IMG/VR virus record: IMGVR_UViG_3300025875_000010
Coordinates: 1 to 64,000 of that record
From: a virus
Taxonomy: Duplodnaviria; Caudoviricetes
DNA: 64,000 nt
Reading direction: 5' to 3' (one strand)
Both the position numbers and the translations under genes were made by a program. Positions 8,456 through 18,417 of this stretch are shown one piece after another. The notes under the pieces are model-generated. The model was given only the letters and a program-made list of their open reading frames with translations, was not told where the DNA came from and did not search any database. The first letter of the stretch is position 1. Every line of letters begins with the position of its first letter.

Positions 8456-8566
8456 TCATCCAAATGGGTTGTTCTTATCCCATTCGTTAATAAACCATAG
8501 GGCTACCCCTGCGACACCAATCACAACACCGGCGACGATACTGCCTCCAATTAGCAATACGGTCAT
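8456..8566 (-). CDS. Small single-TM membrane protein (36 aa; not in ORF track)
   Basis: MTVLLIGGSIVAGVVIGVAGVALWFINEWDKNNPFG; ATGA overlap with the MazG-like stop. Confidence 0.65.
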   Translation of the reverse strand: MTVLLIGGSIVAGVVIGVAGVALWFINEWDKNNPFG

Positions 8567-8910
8567 CGGTTGTCTCCGCTACCACCAATAACTCCGCGAG
8601 CCTGACGGGAAAGAAGCTTATACATATTTTCTTTCGCCACCGTGCTGAGGTCGGTACCCAACTCATCAGCTAAGGCTGCTGCATACCACAAAACATCACC
8701 AAGCTCGTCAGCGATCTTTTTCCTTAGCTCGGGCGTGAGTTCACCATCATTATCACGCCAGACCTTCTTTAGCTTACCTGAAACCTCACCGGCCTCGTTG
8801 ACTAAGCCTAGGACAGCATAAGAGACTGCGCTAAAACTTCCGGTGCCAGCCTCGGGGTAAATTGCTGTGGCAAATGCCTTCTCTTGATAATCATTAAAAT
8901 CAAGACTCAT
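8563..8910 (-). CDS. MazG-like nucleotide pyrophosphohydrolase
   Basis: GLVNEAGEVSGKLKK...DELGDVLWY...N..KL..R. Confidence 0.9.
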   Translation of the reverse strand: MSLDFNDYQEKAFATAIYPEAGTGSFSAVSYAVLGLVNEAGEVSGKLKKVWRDNDGELTPELRKKIADELGDVLWYAAALADELGTDLSTVAKENMYKLLSRQARGVIGGSGDNR

Positions 8911-9184
8911 CTTCTACATACAACCCTTCGATAATGTATACGTCTCTATCTTCGTCATAGCTGACCTGGGCCTTAGCCCTGTCTAGCTGGATGGCGTTTA
9001 GTTCTTTGCCCGATAGCTCTACAACTCCACCGGCCTCTGCCAGCAACACGGTCATAATGGCCGCGTGCCAGTTTAGGCTGTCCTGCAACTCCTGTACATA
9101 CTCGTTAGTGTAAACACTAGCCTTTCTTTCCTGAGGCTTAATTGTTTCCTCGTCAGAGAATGTTTCTGAGTGTGAGGGTTCCAT
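8900..9184 (-). CDS. Hypothetical protein
   Basis: Fills the gap between dnaE and MazG in the same orientation. Confidence 0.6.
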   Translation of the reverse strand: MEPSHSETFSDEETIKPQERKASVYTNEYVQELQDSLNWHAAIMTVLLAEAGGVVELSGKELNAIQLDRAKAQVSYDEDRDVYIIEGLYVEDES

Positions 9185-12100
9185 CCTTCATCCTTTCTAA
9201 TTCAATATCTACTACTGCACCTTCGGTGCATTTCTCTTGTGCCTTCTTAAAAACCTTGTCAAATACAATCACACTGGTCAAGTTCTTCTGATTATCAGCT
9301 ACGATCATATTAGCAAAGTTCTTACCTGCCTTGCTCTTGCGTGGATTGAACCACACTACCTTACGCATGCTGTCTGGCATATCTGGATAATCTAACTCGT
9401 ATAAATACTTGACAAATAAATCGCTCTTGTTCTCAATCAAATCATCGTCTTTGCAGTACCGGGCGATCCGGTTGTCAGCCACAAGAAACACATGCAGGCC
9501 GTTGGTAATCTCGGTATCAATGTCGGTGAAAATACCAACGTTTCCGGTGCTATCCAGAATGTCTACACGAGCCCAAGTGTCGCGGCGCATAATATCACGC
9601 ACCATGCCTCGGATCAAGTATACACCCTTCTCGTCGTAGCCTTCGGCAACAATATTACCTTCGTCATCTTTTGATTCTTTAATAGGAGTCAATTGGCTTC
9701 TAACGACCGGCGGAACTGAGCCTAGATCGAACTCTGGAATTCCCAAGAACTCATAGAAGTTATTACGCTCTCTTCCGTGCAATGAGTTATCTTCAAAGCA
9801 AGCGCCACCAATAGCATTCAGACCGGTCAGGGCTGTCACCCTCAGTCCGTTACCCTTAACAGCAACGTAATCTGCTAACTCTTGATAGTTGGCGTAAGGT
9901 GCCCTGTCGGCCAACTTAGCTCCGGTAATGTTAGAGATACCCTTGACGTTAGACAATCCCATGCGAATATCATCTCCCTCAATGCTGAACTTCACCTTAG
10001 AGCGGTTGACGTGAGGCAAAAGCACCTTCATGCCAAGGCGCTTGGTCTCAATCAAATAATCAGTGATCGAATCCTTATCGCCCTCATTGTTCAACATAGA
10101 AACCATATACTCCTTTGGGTAGTAACGCTTAAGCCACGCCGTCCAGAATGACACCTTCGAATAAGCTACAGAGTGCGACAGGTTGAACTGATATGAAGCC
10201 GTTTCTTCAATAGAGTTCCATAGGAAGTCAGCAGTTTCTTGACCAACCTTGTCCTTTGCACCGGCCACAAATGCATCCTTGTATTCTGCCAAAAGCTTAA
10301 CGTCCTGCTTCTTTGCAGTGACCTTACGAATCTTGTTAGCCATGCTCATTCCCATACCGGCCAGGTCCGAGACCAGTCGCATTGACTGTTCCTGGTAAAT
10401 AGGTAGGTAGAAGGTTTCCTCCATATACTTATCAACCAATGGGTGAACCTTTGTGGCCTTCTCCTTACCTGCCTTACGCTTTAGATAGGAGTTACCAAAG
10501 ACGTTCATGGCACCGGGTCGAATCAGGGCATTGGATACCGCCAAGTCATTAAATGAGTCAACTTTCATTCTCATCAACAGTTTAGTATATGGCGTAGCCT
10601 CACACTGGAATACTCCCTTTGTGTTACCTTCGGCCAACATCTTGTAAACGTTCTGATCCTCTAGGTCAATCTTGTTGAGAACAACATCGATGTTGTGACG
10701 CTCCTTAATAAGCTTGATAGTGTCAGCGATTACGGCCAAAGTCTTTAGACCCAGGAAGTCGAACTTGATCAAACCAATGTCAGCGGCCTGGTTCATATCG
10801 GCTGCCAATACAGCAATGCGTGGACCCTGCTTGTCGCTGGGGTTGGTGGCAGTCTGGATTGGGGCAACGTCAGATAGGCTCATCTTACTCATGACGATAC
10901 CGGCAGCGTGCATTCCCTCGCCACGAATGCGGCCGCGCAATTCACCGGCCAGGTTCATGACCTCAGGATACTTATCGTTGAATTCCTTGCCCTGCGGAGA
11001 CTCTACGAAGATATCGAAGAAGTCGTGGTCCGGTGGGGCATTAACATTCTTGGTCGCCTTGTTGACCTCAGACATTGGAACGCGGAATACGCGCGCTGCA
11101 TCCTTGATGACATTCTTATCCTTGAAGTAGTTGAAAGTTGCAATTGATGCAACGTTCTTGAACTTCCTACGAAGGTATTCCTTTACCTCGTCACGACGCT
11201 TATCCTCAAAATCCATATCAATATCGGGATAGTCGTCACGCTCGGGGTCGATAAAACGGAAGAACAGTAGTCCATATTCGATAGGATCAATGTCAGTAAT
11301 ATCTAGCACGTAGTTGGCTAGTGATCCTGTACCCGATCCACGACCCGGCCCCACCATGATTCCCTTATTTTTAGCCCACTGTACCGCATCGGCAACAATG
11401 AGAAAGTAGGTGGAGAACTTCTTCATCTGGATAATTTCTAGTTCTTCGGTTAGGCGATCCTCATACTTCTTAATGCCATCTAGACCGCGCTTCCTCATGC
11501 CTTCGCGGCACTTCTGTTCTAGAATCTCATCAGGATCCTCGCCCTTTGGCTGAGGTAAAAGATCAAGCTCCTGGTGGTACGGATACTCACCGACAGAATC
11601 GGCAACACGCAAAGTGTTCTCATAAATGTCGGTACGGTCGATGCCCTGCTTAGCAAAGGACAGCATGTGCTGCTCTGCCGTGTGCAGGAATAGTCCAAAA
11701 TGCTCAAAGGTCATAGTGCGGTCGGGGTACAGATAGTTGTACCTTTCAAGCATATCCATCTTCTGAGACTTACTGTAATCGAAGTCCAGGCTAGAACTCT
11801 TCTTTGGATTTGTGGATAGGATCAGCAGAGCCTCTTCAATCCACAAATCTTCCTCACGCGCGTAGTGGCAGTCACTCGTTGCCACGGCAGGAATCTGCAA
11901 GCGGTCAGCAATCTCTAGAAGCGCCTTATTTAGCTCCTGTGGGTTGTGACCCTGAACTTCAATGTAGAGCCGGCCTGGGGCGATCCTGTATAGGTTCTTA
12001 GCGTGGTCGATTGCTGTTTGCATATCCCCGCGCTCGATTGCCTTAGCCAGAAGGCCAGAAAGACAACCTGAGGTGATTACCAATCCCTCGTTATACTCTT

Positions 12101-12491
12101 CTAGCAAGTCCATATCGATACGTGGCTTGTGGTAAAAGCCTTCGGACCATGCTAGCTCATTCATCTTCATCAGGTTGGTTAGACCTGTCTCATTCTGAGC
12201 CAAAAGGATGATGTGGTTATATACGTTTGTGCCGTCAGAACGCTTGGCCTTTGCACGGCGGTCGAACCTATCTGTCTCAGAAATGTAACCTTCTACTCCG
12301 AGAATAGGAATGATACCGGCCTTGTCGGCTGCCTCTTGAAACTCACGGTGACCGGCTAGGGTTCCGTGGTTGGTCTGCGCCAGGTGGGTCATACCGATTT
12401 CCTTGGCGCGAATCATGTACTCCGCTGCGGTGTTCAGACCGTCTAGTGCTGAGTAGTGGTCGTGAACATGAAGCTCTACGTATGGAGTCAC
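9153..12491 (-). CDS. dnaE: DNA polymerase III alpha subunit (family C)
   Basis: PHP motif LHVHDHYSALDG; GRGSGTGS; catalytic PDIDMDF; GMHAAG; KFDFLGL; YQFNLSHS; no intein seen. Confidence 0.97.
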   Translation of the reverse strand: MTPYVELHVHDHYSALDGLNTAAEYMIRAKEIGMTHLAQTNHGTLAGHREFQEAADKAGIIPILGVEGYISETDRFDRRAKAKRSDGTNVYNHIILLAQNETGLTNLMKMNELAWSEGFYHKPRIDMDLLEEYNEGLVITSGCLSGLLAKAIERGDMQTAIDHAKNLYRIAPGRLYIEVQGHNPQELNKALLEIADRLQIPAVATSDCHYAREEDLWIEEALLILSTNPKKSSSLDFDYSKSQKMDMLERYNYLYPDRTMTFEHFGLFLHTAEQHMLSFAKQGIDRTDIYENTLRVADSVGEYPYHQELDLLPQPKGEDPDEILEQKCREGMRKRGLDGIKKYEDRLTEELEIIQMKKFSTYFLIVADAVQWAKNKGIMVGPGRGSGTGSLANYVLDITDIDPIEYGLLFFRFIDPERDDYPDIDMDFEDKRRDEVKEYLRRKFKNVASIATFNYFKDKNVIKDAARVFRVPMSEVNKATKNVNAPPDHDFFDIFVESPQGKEFNDKYPEVMNLAGELRGRIRGEGMHAAGIVMSKMSLSDVAPIQTATNPSDKQGPRIAVLAADMNQAADIGLIKFDFLGLKTLAVIADTIKLIKERHNIDVVLNKIDLEDQNVYKMLAEGNTKGVFQCEATPYTKLLMRMKVDSFNDLAVSNALIRPGAMNVFGNSYLKRKAGKEKATKVHPLVDKYMEETFYLPIYQEQSMRLVSDLAGMGMSMANKIRKVTAKKQDVKLLAEYKDAFVAGAKDKVGQETADFLWNSIEETASYQFNLSHSVAYSKVSFWTAWLKRYYPKEYMVSMLNNEGDKDSITDYLIETKRLGMKVLLPHVNRSKVKFSIEGDDIRMGLSNVKGISNITGAKLADRAPYANYQELADYVAVKGNGLRVTALTGLNAIGGACFEDNSLHGRERNNFYEFLGIPEFDLGSVPPVVRSQLTPIKESKDDEGNIVAEGYDEKGVYLIRGMVRDIMRRDTWARVDILDSTGNVGIFTDIDTEITNGLHVFLVADNRIARYCKDDDLIENKSDLFVKYLYELDYPDMPDSMRKVVWFNPRKSKAGKNFANMIVADNQKNLTSVIVFDKVFKKAQEKCTEGAVVDIELERMKDGTLTLRNIL

Positions 12492-12943
12492 CAGCTTACC
12501 CCTCTCTTGATAGAACTAACATGGCCCTGTGTAATGCTGAACACCTGTGCGATAAACTTCTGCGTATAGCCTGCAAAAATCATTTCCCTCAGCCTAACGA
12601 CTTCCTTTTCTGTCAACTTGGCCCTACCGTTACCTTCGCCATGATTGGAAGTTCCGTGAGCAATCTTGTGAGCCTCGTTTTCGGCCTTGGTTACGTAAGC
12701 TAAGTTTTCTACAGCATTATTAGTGTTATCCCCATCTAGATGGGCAACTTCTAGACCTACTGGCCGGGGTCCGATAAATGACTCCGCTACCAAATGAGCT
12801 ACCTTACGAGTCTTTCCAGCAACATTAACTGTTAAATATCCACCCGTTACAGGGGCTGGCTTCAAATGCCAGCCGCGAGGACCAATTACAACTCCATTGT
12901 CGGATACCAAATACCTAGTGTCTCCTGGGTATGCTTTATACAT
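12488..12943 (-). CDS. HNH homing endonuclease (NUMOD4-like N-terminus, HNH_3 core, C-terminal HTH)
   Basis: YLVSDNG...GYLTV...VAHLVAESFIG...VAHLDGDNTNNAVENL...AENEAH; C-terminal QKFIAQVFSITQGHVS. Confidence 0.9.
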   Translation of the reverse strand: MYKAYPGDTRYLVSDNGVVIGPRGWHLKPAPVTGGYLTVNVAGKTRKVAHLVAESFIGPRPVGLEVAHLDGDNTNNAVENLAYVTKAENEAHKIAHGTSNHGEGNGRAKLTEKEVVRLREMIFAGYTQKFIAQVFSITQGHVSSIKRGVSW

Positions 12944-12981
12944 GTTATCTCCTATCTTGGCTTATGGGAGCGACCCCGCTA

Positions 12982-13080
12982 TTATTTATCTTCAAGTAAC
13001 TGGTCTAGATAGCTAGACCCTATCTCAATAGCAGCCTGAATATCATCTAACTCAGCCCAATCTTCTTCGGGCTCAATCAT
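12982..13080 (-). CDS. Small acidic protein (32 aa; not in ORF track)
   Basis: MIEPEEDWAELDDIQAAIEIGSSYLDQLLEDK; start overlaps the upstream stop. Confidence 0.5.
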   Translation of the reverse strand: MIEPEEDWAELDDIQAAIEIGSSYLDQLLEDK

Positions 13081-13348
13081 CCTCGTTCTCATCGTCCTCG
13101 TGATCACACTCTACACCAAGACCATAGCCGTACATGATTCCGTGAATAGTGAACTGGGCATAGGCTAAAGCATCAAGTAGCTCCATTAAGTCATTGGCCG
13201 TCAGGCTCTCGGCGGTGCTGTTCAGGTTGATCCACTTACTAATAGGATCGATGAGCTTATTCATCGCCCCCTTGATGTGGTCAACATCTTCTTCAATAAG
13301 CTCATCGAGAAGAAACTGCATCTCATCCTTAGGCTCTTCTTCGTCCAT
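13073..13348 (-). CDS. Hypothetical acidic protein (likely start MDEEEPK)
   Basis: Trimmed from the ORF track to reduce overlap with the HNH gene. Confidence 0.55.
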   Translation of the reverse strand: MDEEEPKDEMQFLLDELIEEDVDHIKGAMNKLIDPISKWINLNSTAESLTANDLMELLDALAYAQFTIHGIMYGYGLGVECDHEDDENEDD

Positions 13349-13637
13349 CTGATTTCTTCTTTCTAATAAAGGCTGCTGTTGCAGCAAATCTATCTCCCCG
13401 CCCGCCGAGTCTGCGGTAGTATTCCTCAGCACCTCGATGGCACTTCGTACACAATGCTACCATATCTGAGAGGCGTTCGTTTCCCAACCGGACATATGTC
13501 ATGTGATGCAATTGTATCGGGCCAATGGTTGTAGAGCAGGCCCTACAATAACGCCCGCGCGTGGAGAACCATAGCTCTCGCTTGGTTCTCCACGCGGGGG
13601 ACTTTAAATATTGCGTATAGAAGGTTTTATCCTTCAC
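13329..13637 (-). CDS. HNH endonuclease
   Basis: YLKSPAW...YCRAC...LHHMTY...ALCTKCH. Confidence 0.85.
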   Translation of the reverse strand: MKDKTFYTQYLKSPAWRTKRELWFSTRGRYCRACSTTIGPIQLHHMTYVRLGNERLSDMVALCTKCHRGAEEYYRRLGGRGDRFAATAAFIRKKKSDGRRRA

Positions 13638-14426
13638 TTACCACTGCAACTCGCCAGATTCAGTTTTTGCACCAGTGATCTGATTACCGGTCTCTACCGT
13701 TGCGACAACAGTGTCATCGTCAAGGGCATCACCGTCCTGATACACGGCACCGTAGTATCCGGGCTGCTCTTCGTAAGAAATCTTACGAAGAACCGCTTCC
13801 TCTAGGTCAATTACCTCCACGTCAATTGCATCATAGAGGTCAATACCCTTTGCCTCCTTGAGCTTCCATGCAGTCGACGTTCCGGTTCCGGAACGAGTGA
13901 TCCTCCACATCTTGTTCGTAATCTGGTTGTTATCGTCATCTTCCACCTCCTGAATTAAATCGTCAACGAATGACGAGTTAAAGCTGCGGGAAATAACAAC
14001 CGGCTTCACTCCCTCTCCGTCCTTGTAATCAACGAGGGCCCAGATATAAAAATTCCTCTTTTGACCCCAACCCTTTAGCTTCTTCTTGCCGTCAACTACC
14101 GGCGCATTAAGCCTGTCGTCCGCGTGACGTTCGCATGCAAAACATGCACCTTCATCTGCGGTGCAGCTTGCCCTACGCTTGAAGCCTTCCTTGCCGGGAG
14201 CCTGATGCTCTACCGCGCTAAGTGGAAGTCCATAATTAGGATCGTAACCCTCTACGCCCTCATCGAATTCCTGCAAGAAGCGAACAAACACAACGTCCTT
14301 ATCGTCCTTGCTCTTGTTATTCTTCCAGTTGAAATACTCTGCTCTTGGACGCTCGCGCGCCTCCTGCTCGGCCTTGATCTGTGCCTTTGTTGATTTAAAT
14401 GCTGCAATACCTCTTGAAATTGCCAT
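13638..14426 (-). CDS. Single-stranded DNA-binding protein (gp32-like)
   Basis: Zn motif CTADEGACFACERH, GTGTSTAW turn, acidic C-terminus; position after primase. Confidence 0.75.
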   Translation of the reverse strand: MAISRGIAAFKSTKAQIKAEQEARERPRAEYFNWKNNKSKDDKDVVFVRFLQEFDEGVEGYDPNYGLPLSAVEHQAPGKEGFKRRASCTADEGACFACERHADDRLNAPVVDGKKKLKGWGQKRNFYIWALVDYKDGEGVKPVVISRSFNSSFVDDLIQEVEDDDNNQITNKMWRITRSGTGTSTAWKLKEAKGIDLYDAIDVEVIDLEEAVLRKISYEEQPGYYGAVYQDGDALDDDTVVATVETGNQITGAKTESGELQW

Positions 14427-14477
14427 TGAAATTTAATCTCTCCTTTTATTATTGAGGGCTCTGCCCTTCTATGTATC

Positions 14478-14506
14478 ATTGTACACCCGGATGACTTAAA
14501 GGTCAA
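14478..14506 (-). promoter_or_regulatory. Sigma-A promoter for SSB
   Basis: TTGACC-N17-TACAAT; leader contains AGGGC-AGA-GCCCT hairpin then AAGGAG. Confidence 0.75.
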
Positions 14507-15575
14507 GTGCATATTCGAAATGTGGAATGGCATTCTTGATGCTATAGCGAATGGTTTCATCATCCATATCATCCGGGTCCTTGGCGGGAAGTCTATTGAC
14601 GCCACCATGGTGCGCCCATACAACTCTCTTGGTACTCATCATATCTGCAATCTTTACGCCTAGCTCTTCACCGGGCCGGTGCCCCATACATAGATTAGAA
14701 CCGGCCTTTTTGCACTTGGCACAAACCGGATAAAATTGCTTTTCATCCCAATCAGTCATAATAACAATAGTGTTAAAATACTTGCCTAGTAGGCTGGCAT
14801 GTTCCTTTGAAAAGTGGCCCATTAAAAGGCTGACAGTATTGGGATAGCCAACCTGAGTCAGCCTCATGGCGCTGAATGACGCCTCGACAATGATCGCAAC
14901 GTCACCCGTTTTTTTTGCACGGTGAAGATTAAAGAGTGTCTTGGAAGTAGGCAACCCCGGAGTATTCTTAAACGACTTGCCCTTAACAGACCGCCGTACG
15001 GCCCCAACTTCAACATTTCCCATAGGATCATGCATCGGAACACAAACCATATCAAGATTAACGTCGTAACCAATTTCAAAGTCCTTTAGTGTTTGTTTTT
15101 CAAACCCGCGTCCGCGCATGTACATTTGTCCATCGGGATACTTCCACATATCACGCCTTGTACGATCCAAATAATCCGCTTCAACTACATTTCCCTCTGT
15201 ATCCTTACGAACATAAGGAGACCAAAGCTCTTTAGTTTCATTAACCTTTTCTAGCTCGGCCACAAGGTCACCCTGAGCTGTTCTGCTCTTGGCTATTAAT
15301 CTTTTAATTTGAAAGTCATTAAGGTTGGCTACATTCTTAATGAGTCTTTCCAACCCGCCAGTCTTGTTACAGGACGGATTGAAGCAAATATAAGTTCCAT
15401 CGGTCTTATTAACAGCAAAGCTAGGGGTGTCCCTATTGCCGTGGTATGGGCAATAGGCCAAATACACCGCCTCAGTCTCGCCGTCAACATCTAGACCAAT
15501 TTTACGGAGTATGGCGCTTACTTGATTTTCTGTGTAGGAATTTGTTTCCCACCGGATATCCCTTCTATCTGCCAT
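14496..15575 (-). CDS. DNA primase (CHC2 zinc finger plus TOPRIM)
   Basis: CPYH...CFNPSC; TOPRIM IIVEAS and MTDWD; KDPDDM. Confidence 0.9.
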   Translation of the reverse strand: MADRRDIRWETNSYTENQVSAILRKIGLDVDGETEAVYLAYCPYHGNRDTPSFAVNKTDGTYICFNPSCNKTGGLERLIKNVANLNDFQIKRLIAKSRTAQGDLVAELEKVNETKELWSPYVRKDTEGNVVEADYLDRTRRDMWKYPDGQMYMRGRGFEKQTLKDFEIGYDVNLDMVCVPMHDPMGNVEVGAVRRSVKGKSFKNTPGLPTSKTLFNLHRAKKTGDVAIIVEASFSAMRLTQVGYPNTVSLLMGHFSKEHASLLGKYFNTIVIMTDWDEKQFYPVCAKCKKAGSNLCMGHRPGEELGVKIADMMSTKRVVWAHHGGVNRLPAKDPDDMDDETIRYSIKNAIPHFEYALDL

Positions 15576-15823
15576 GCTCTCTCCTCACCTACATAAACTC
15601 CTTGCCATGTATATACAAATTCAAATACATCTTCCTCTACCCATTGTTGTTCCCACACCGGGTCAATATCAAGATAAGGCGCAAAACCCTCTATTTTCAT
15701 CCAATTGACTATAGCTATCTTATATGTGTCACGGGATTGAACTATTTTATCACCGGCCACTGTGCCCGGCAACTGAAATCTTCTAATTATTTGATTCGTC
15801 ATACGTTTCCTCATAAATTCCAC
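15518..15823 (-). CDS. Hypothetical protein
   Basis: Lies between helicase and primase in the same operon. Confidence 0.65.
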   Translation of the reverse strand: MEFMRKRMTNQIIRRFQLPGTVAGDKIVQSRDTYKIAIVNWMKIEGFAPYLDIDPVWEQQWVEEDVFEFVYTWQGVYVGEERAWQIEGISGGKQIPTQKIK

Positions 15824-17000
15824 TGTTGTAATCAGTCTTTAGAAACATATCTCCCAAGTCACCAAATCGATTTTTTCTCATTACAACCTCAGTCAAACCA
15901 TTCTCATGCTTGTGAACTGCAACGATTACGTCTGCGGTATATTCAAGAGAACGTCCCCATGCTAGCTGACCCAGGTCCGGTGGCCTATTTCTGCCCTGAT
16001 CCTTGTCGGTAACAGCGCTAATAATGATGACCGGAATCTTGTTATTCTTCGCTAGAAGCTTCATTTCACGAGAGAAGTTCATCATTCGTGCAACCATTTC
16101 AGGACTCTTTGCATTGTCCATAGCTAACTGCTGGTAATCTAGAACAAGTAAGCCGGGATGATGCTGATCAATCTTGGCTTGCATGAAGTTAGGCGTTACG
16201 TCCTGGCCTTCCATTCCTGAGGTAACAATAAATCCAGTCTTACCGGCTTTTTTCTTGCCAATGGATTCAAATGCCTCAGAATCATAAACGCCCCTTTGAA
16301 GATCACTATTCTTGAAATCACCCTCACCGATCATCGTCCAGATTCTATTTCGCATATCTTCTGGCGTCATCTCCAAAGAAATGACCAATGGCTTGACCCC
16401 ATGATCCCAGGCTCGTTCGGCCATCTTTGCCGCCAACCAGGTCTTACCGTGGCTAGAGAAACCAATAAAGTAAATTACATGACCGGGAGCCATTCCCGTA
16501 GCATAGTAACTGTCAATTCCTTTAAATCCAGTTGGGATGCCAACTGTTCCACCATTCTCATCAGCTTCCTTGCGGGTCTTTTCAAAATGCTCTCTGGCAT
16601 CATCCAAATCCATAATATCCAGGTCCTTGTTAACCGTGGACATTCTTTGAAGCTTGGCTAGCTGAGCCTGTAAGCCATTGAGAATATCTTGAGGCTCGTG
16701 GCGGTCCTGCATATGCTTTCCAGTCTTAACTAAAAGTTCCCTAATTCTACCCTCAGTGTATTCCTTCTTTAACTGATTAAGGTAAAAGGCCGTGTCGCCT
16801 TTTACCTCAACTTCTTCTGCTGCCGGGTTGATTTGTGCAAGAATATCAATATCTGGAACGGTGCGGTACTCGTTATAATGGTTGCGAAGGTCTACGTACA
16901 CATCTTCATATTCACCGAATAACTCGGGGTCCTCGGACAGCGCCAGAAAGATATCTTTGCTCTTACATATAGAATTAATTACGTTGAGGGCTTCTGCCAT
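15783..17000 (-). CDS. DnaB-like replicative helicase
   Basis: IPTGF..ID; GFSSHGKT; SLEM; LVLDY; AKNNKIPV; LEYTAD; KNRFG. Confidence 0.95.
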   Translation of the reverse strand: MAEALNVINSICKSKDIFLALSEDPELFGEYEDVYVDLRNHYNEYRTVPDIDILAQINPAAEEVEVKGDTAFYLNQLKKEYTEGRIRELLVKTGKHMQDRHEPQDILNGLQAQLAKLQRMSTVNKDLDIMDLDDAREHFEKTRKEADENGGTVGIPTGFKGIDSYYATGMAPGHVIYFIGFSSHGKTWLAAKMAERAWDHGVKPLVISLEMTPEDMRNRIWTMIGEGDFKNSDLQRGVYDSEAFESIGKKKAGKTGFIVTSGMEGQDVTPNFMQAKIDQHHPGLLVLDYQQLAMDNAKSPEMVARMMNFSREMKLLAKNNKIPVIIISAVTDKDQGRNRPPDLGQLAWGRSLEYTADVIVAVHKHENGLTEVVMRKNRFGDLGDMFLKTDYNSGIYEETYDESNN

Positions 17001-17323
17001 TGCTTATCGTGTTCCTCTACTTTCTTCCTAGTCTCTTCGCGCAATTGCTTCCGATAAATTTCATCCTCAGAATCCTCATGCATCCATTCATTAATCTCTG
17101 AATAGTTTCTGAGGAAGTCTTGCGTTGAATGCATCTTCTTCAAGGTGAAGTAATACTCTAAAGTCTCTGCCGCCTCTACTCCCAAATCATCAAGCATGTA
17201 TGCAAAGTCCCAACGCGCTGTATTCCTATTTAGCTTGGGCTTTATTTCATACTTATCTTGATATAACTTGATGAACCGAGACATAAGAATATTTACTCTT
17301 TGTGTCTTGGTCTTAGCGTCCAT
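16979..17323 (-). CDS. Hypothetical protein
   Basis: Coupled operon gene. Confidence 0.65.
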   Translation of the reverse strand: MDAKTKTQRVNILMSRFIKLYQDKYEIKPKLNRNTARWDFAYMLDDLGVEAAETLEYYFTLKKMHSTQDFLRNYSEINEWMHEDSEDEIYRKQLREETRKKVEEHDKQWQKPST

Positions 17324-17559
17324 CAGGCTTCTCCTAAACCGGCCTCGGCTAACTCTTTCTTAGTCTGCTCAAACTTATCGACTAACTTATTCTCCGTAAG
17401 AGCATAGACTCTATCGATAAGATCGGCGGCCTTTTCACCGGGCATGGCAGAAGCTTCTAGCTCCATTTCTACGGTGGTGTTCTCAAAGTTGCCAAGATTC
17501 ATCTTATAGCCAATGCGGACACTGACCCTAGGTGGCTCTACCTTATTTAGCTCTTCCAT
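17323..17559 (-). CDS. Hypothetical protein
   Basis: Coupled operon gene (IGYKMNLGNFE). Confidence 0.65.
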   Translation of the reverse strand: MEELNKVEPPRVSVRIGYKMNLGNFENTTVEMELEASAMPGEKAADLIDRVYALTENKLVDKFEQTKKELAEAGLGEA

Positions 17560-17867
17560 TATTCATTCTCCTCTGCTATTATGACTTCCGGATCATCAAC
17601 CGGTGGTGCTGCCTGAAAACCTACTCCGGTTTTGTAGTTATTGCCCCCTGCGTTGATGGGCGTGCGTTGCGCTTCTGGATCGGTATAATGGGTTATGGCT
17701 TCACTAAATTTCATCCACATTGCACCTACAGCCAACATGCCCTCAACGTCATTGATCTTCTCTGCCATAATCCCGGCAGCGTCAAGGGCTAAAGTCGCTT
17801 GTATCAAAGCTTCTTCTGGACCTATGTCACCCTCCTTTGGAAGAACCTTATACCTCATTGTAAGCAC
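17559..17867 (-). CDS. Hypothetical protein
   Basis: Coupled operon gene. Confidence 0.6.
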   Translation of the reverse strand: MLTMRYKVLPKEGDIGPEEALIQATLALDAAGIMAEKINDVEGMLAVGAMWMKFSEAITHYTDPEAQRTPINAGGNNYKTGVGFQAAPPVDDPEVIIAEENE

Positions 17868-18417
17868 TCCAAACCGGCGTCATTTCACCGTCTGCTGTTT
17901 TCATGTAAAACATGGGCTGCTGTCTCAGAACAGCCAGCAATTCTTTGCGGCTGGGCAATCTAGTTGCTGCATATAGTGTACCATCCTTTCTCGGTCTACC
18001 TCCACCAATATAAAGCATATGTTCGTGAAGAGCAATAATATCTGCCTCGCTCCACTTCAAAGTGTCAAAAGTCTTTCCAGATGCATTGACACCATGCTTT
18101 GGTACTCGAACGGGCGAATTAATTTTACCATTTATGACATAACCTTGAATCGTGACTCGATTTCTATTAAGAAAATATGCCACTTCTTTTGTATCATATG
18201 CTGGCTTCATTCGCTTTTTAGCATCTGACAAAAGAAACTTCACTAACTTATCTTTCTCTATATCCTTCGCGGTAAGAATATCTCTTGGCCTGTCCTGGCG
18301 AATTATTTTATAAAGCCTGCCATCCAAAAAGAAATAAGCCTGACGACCTTTACTTCTCGTCAAGGGCTTATTGTTTGGTGGTCCTACGTTTTGCTTCCTA
18401 GGAGTCGGGTCAGCCAT
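17848..18417 (-). CDS. HTH DNA-binding protein (excisionase/MerR-like HTH)
   Basis: YDTKEVAYFLNRNRVTIQGYVING...WSEADI. Confidence 0.7.
   Translation of the reverse strand: MADPTPRKQNVGPPNNKPLTRSKGRQAYFFLDGRLYKIIRQDRPRDILTAKDIEKDKLVKFLLSDAKKRMKPAYDTKEVAYFLNRNRVTIQGYVINGKINSPVRVPKHGVNASGKTFDTLKWSEADIIALHEHMLYIGGGRPRKDGTLYAATRLPSRKELLAVLRQQPMFYMKTADGEMTPVWSAYNEV

Noticed and set aside
9153-12491. Inteins or group I introns in dnaE (also checked terL, helicase, nrdJ, recA)
   Set aside because: Lengths are normal, motifs are contiguous, and no C...HN splice junctions were seen.
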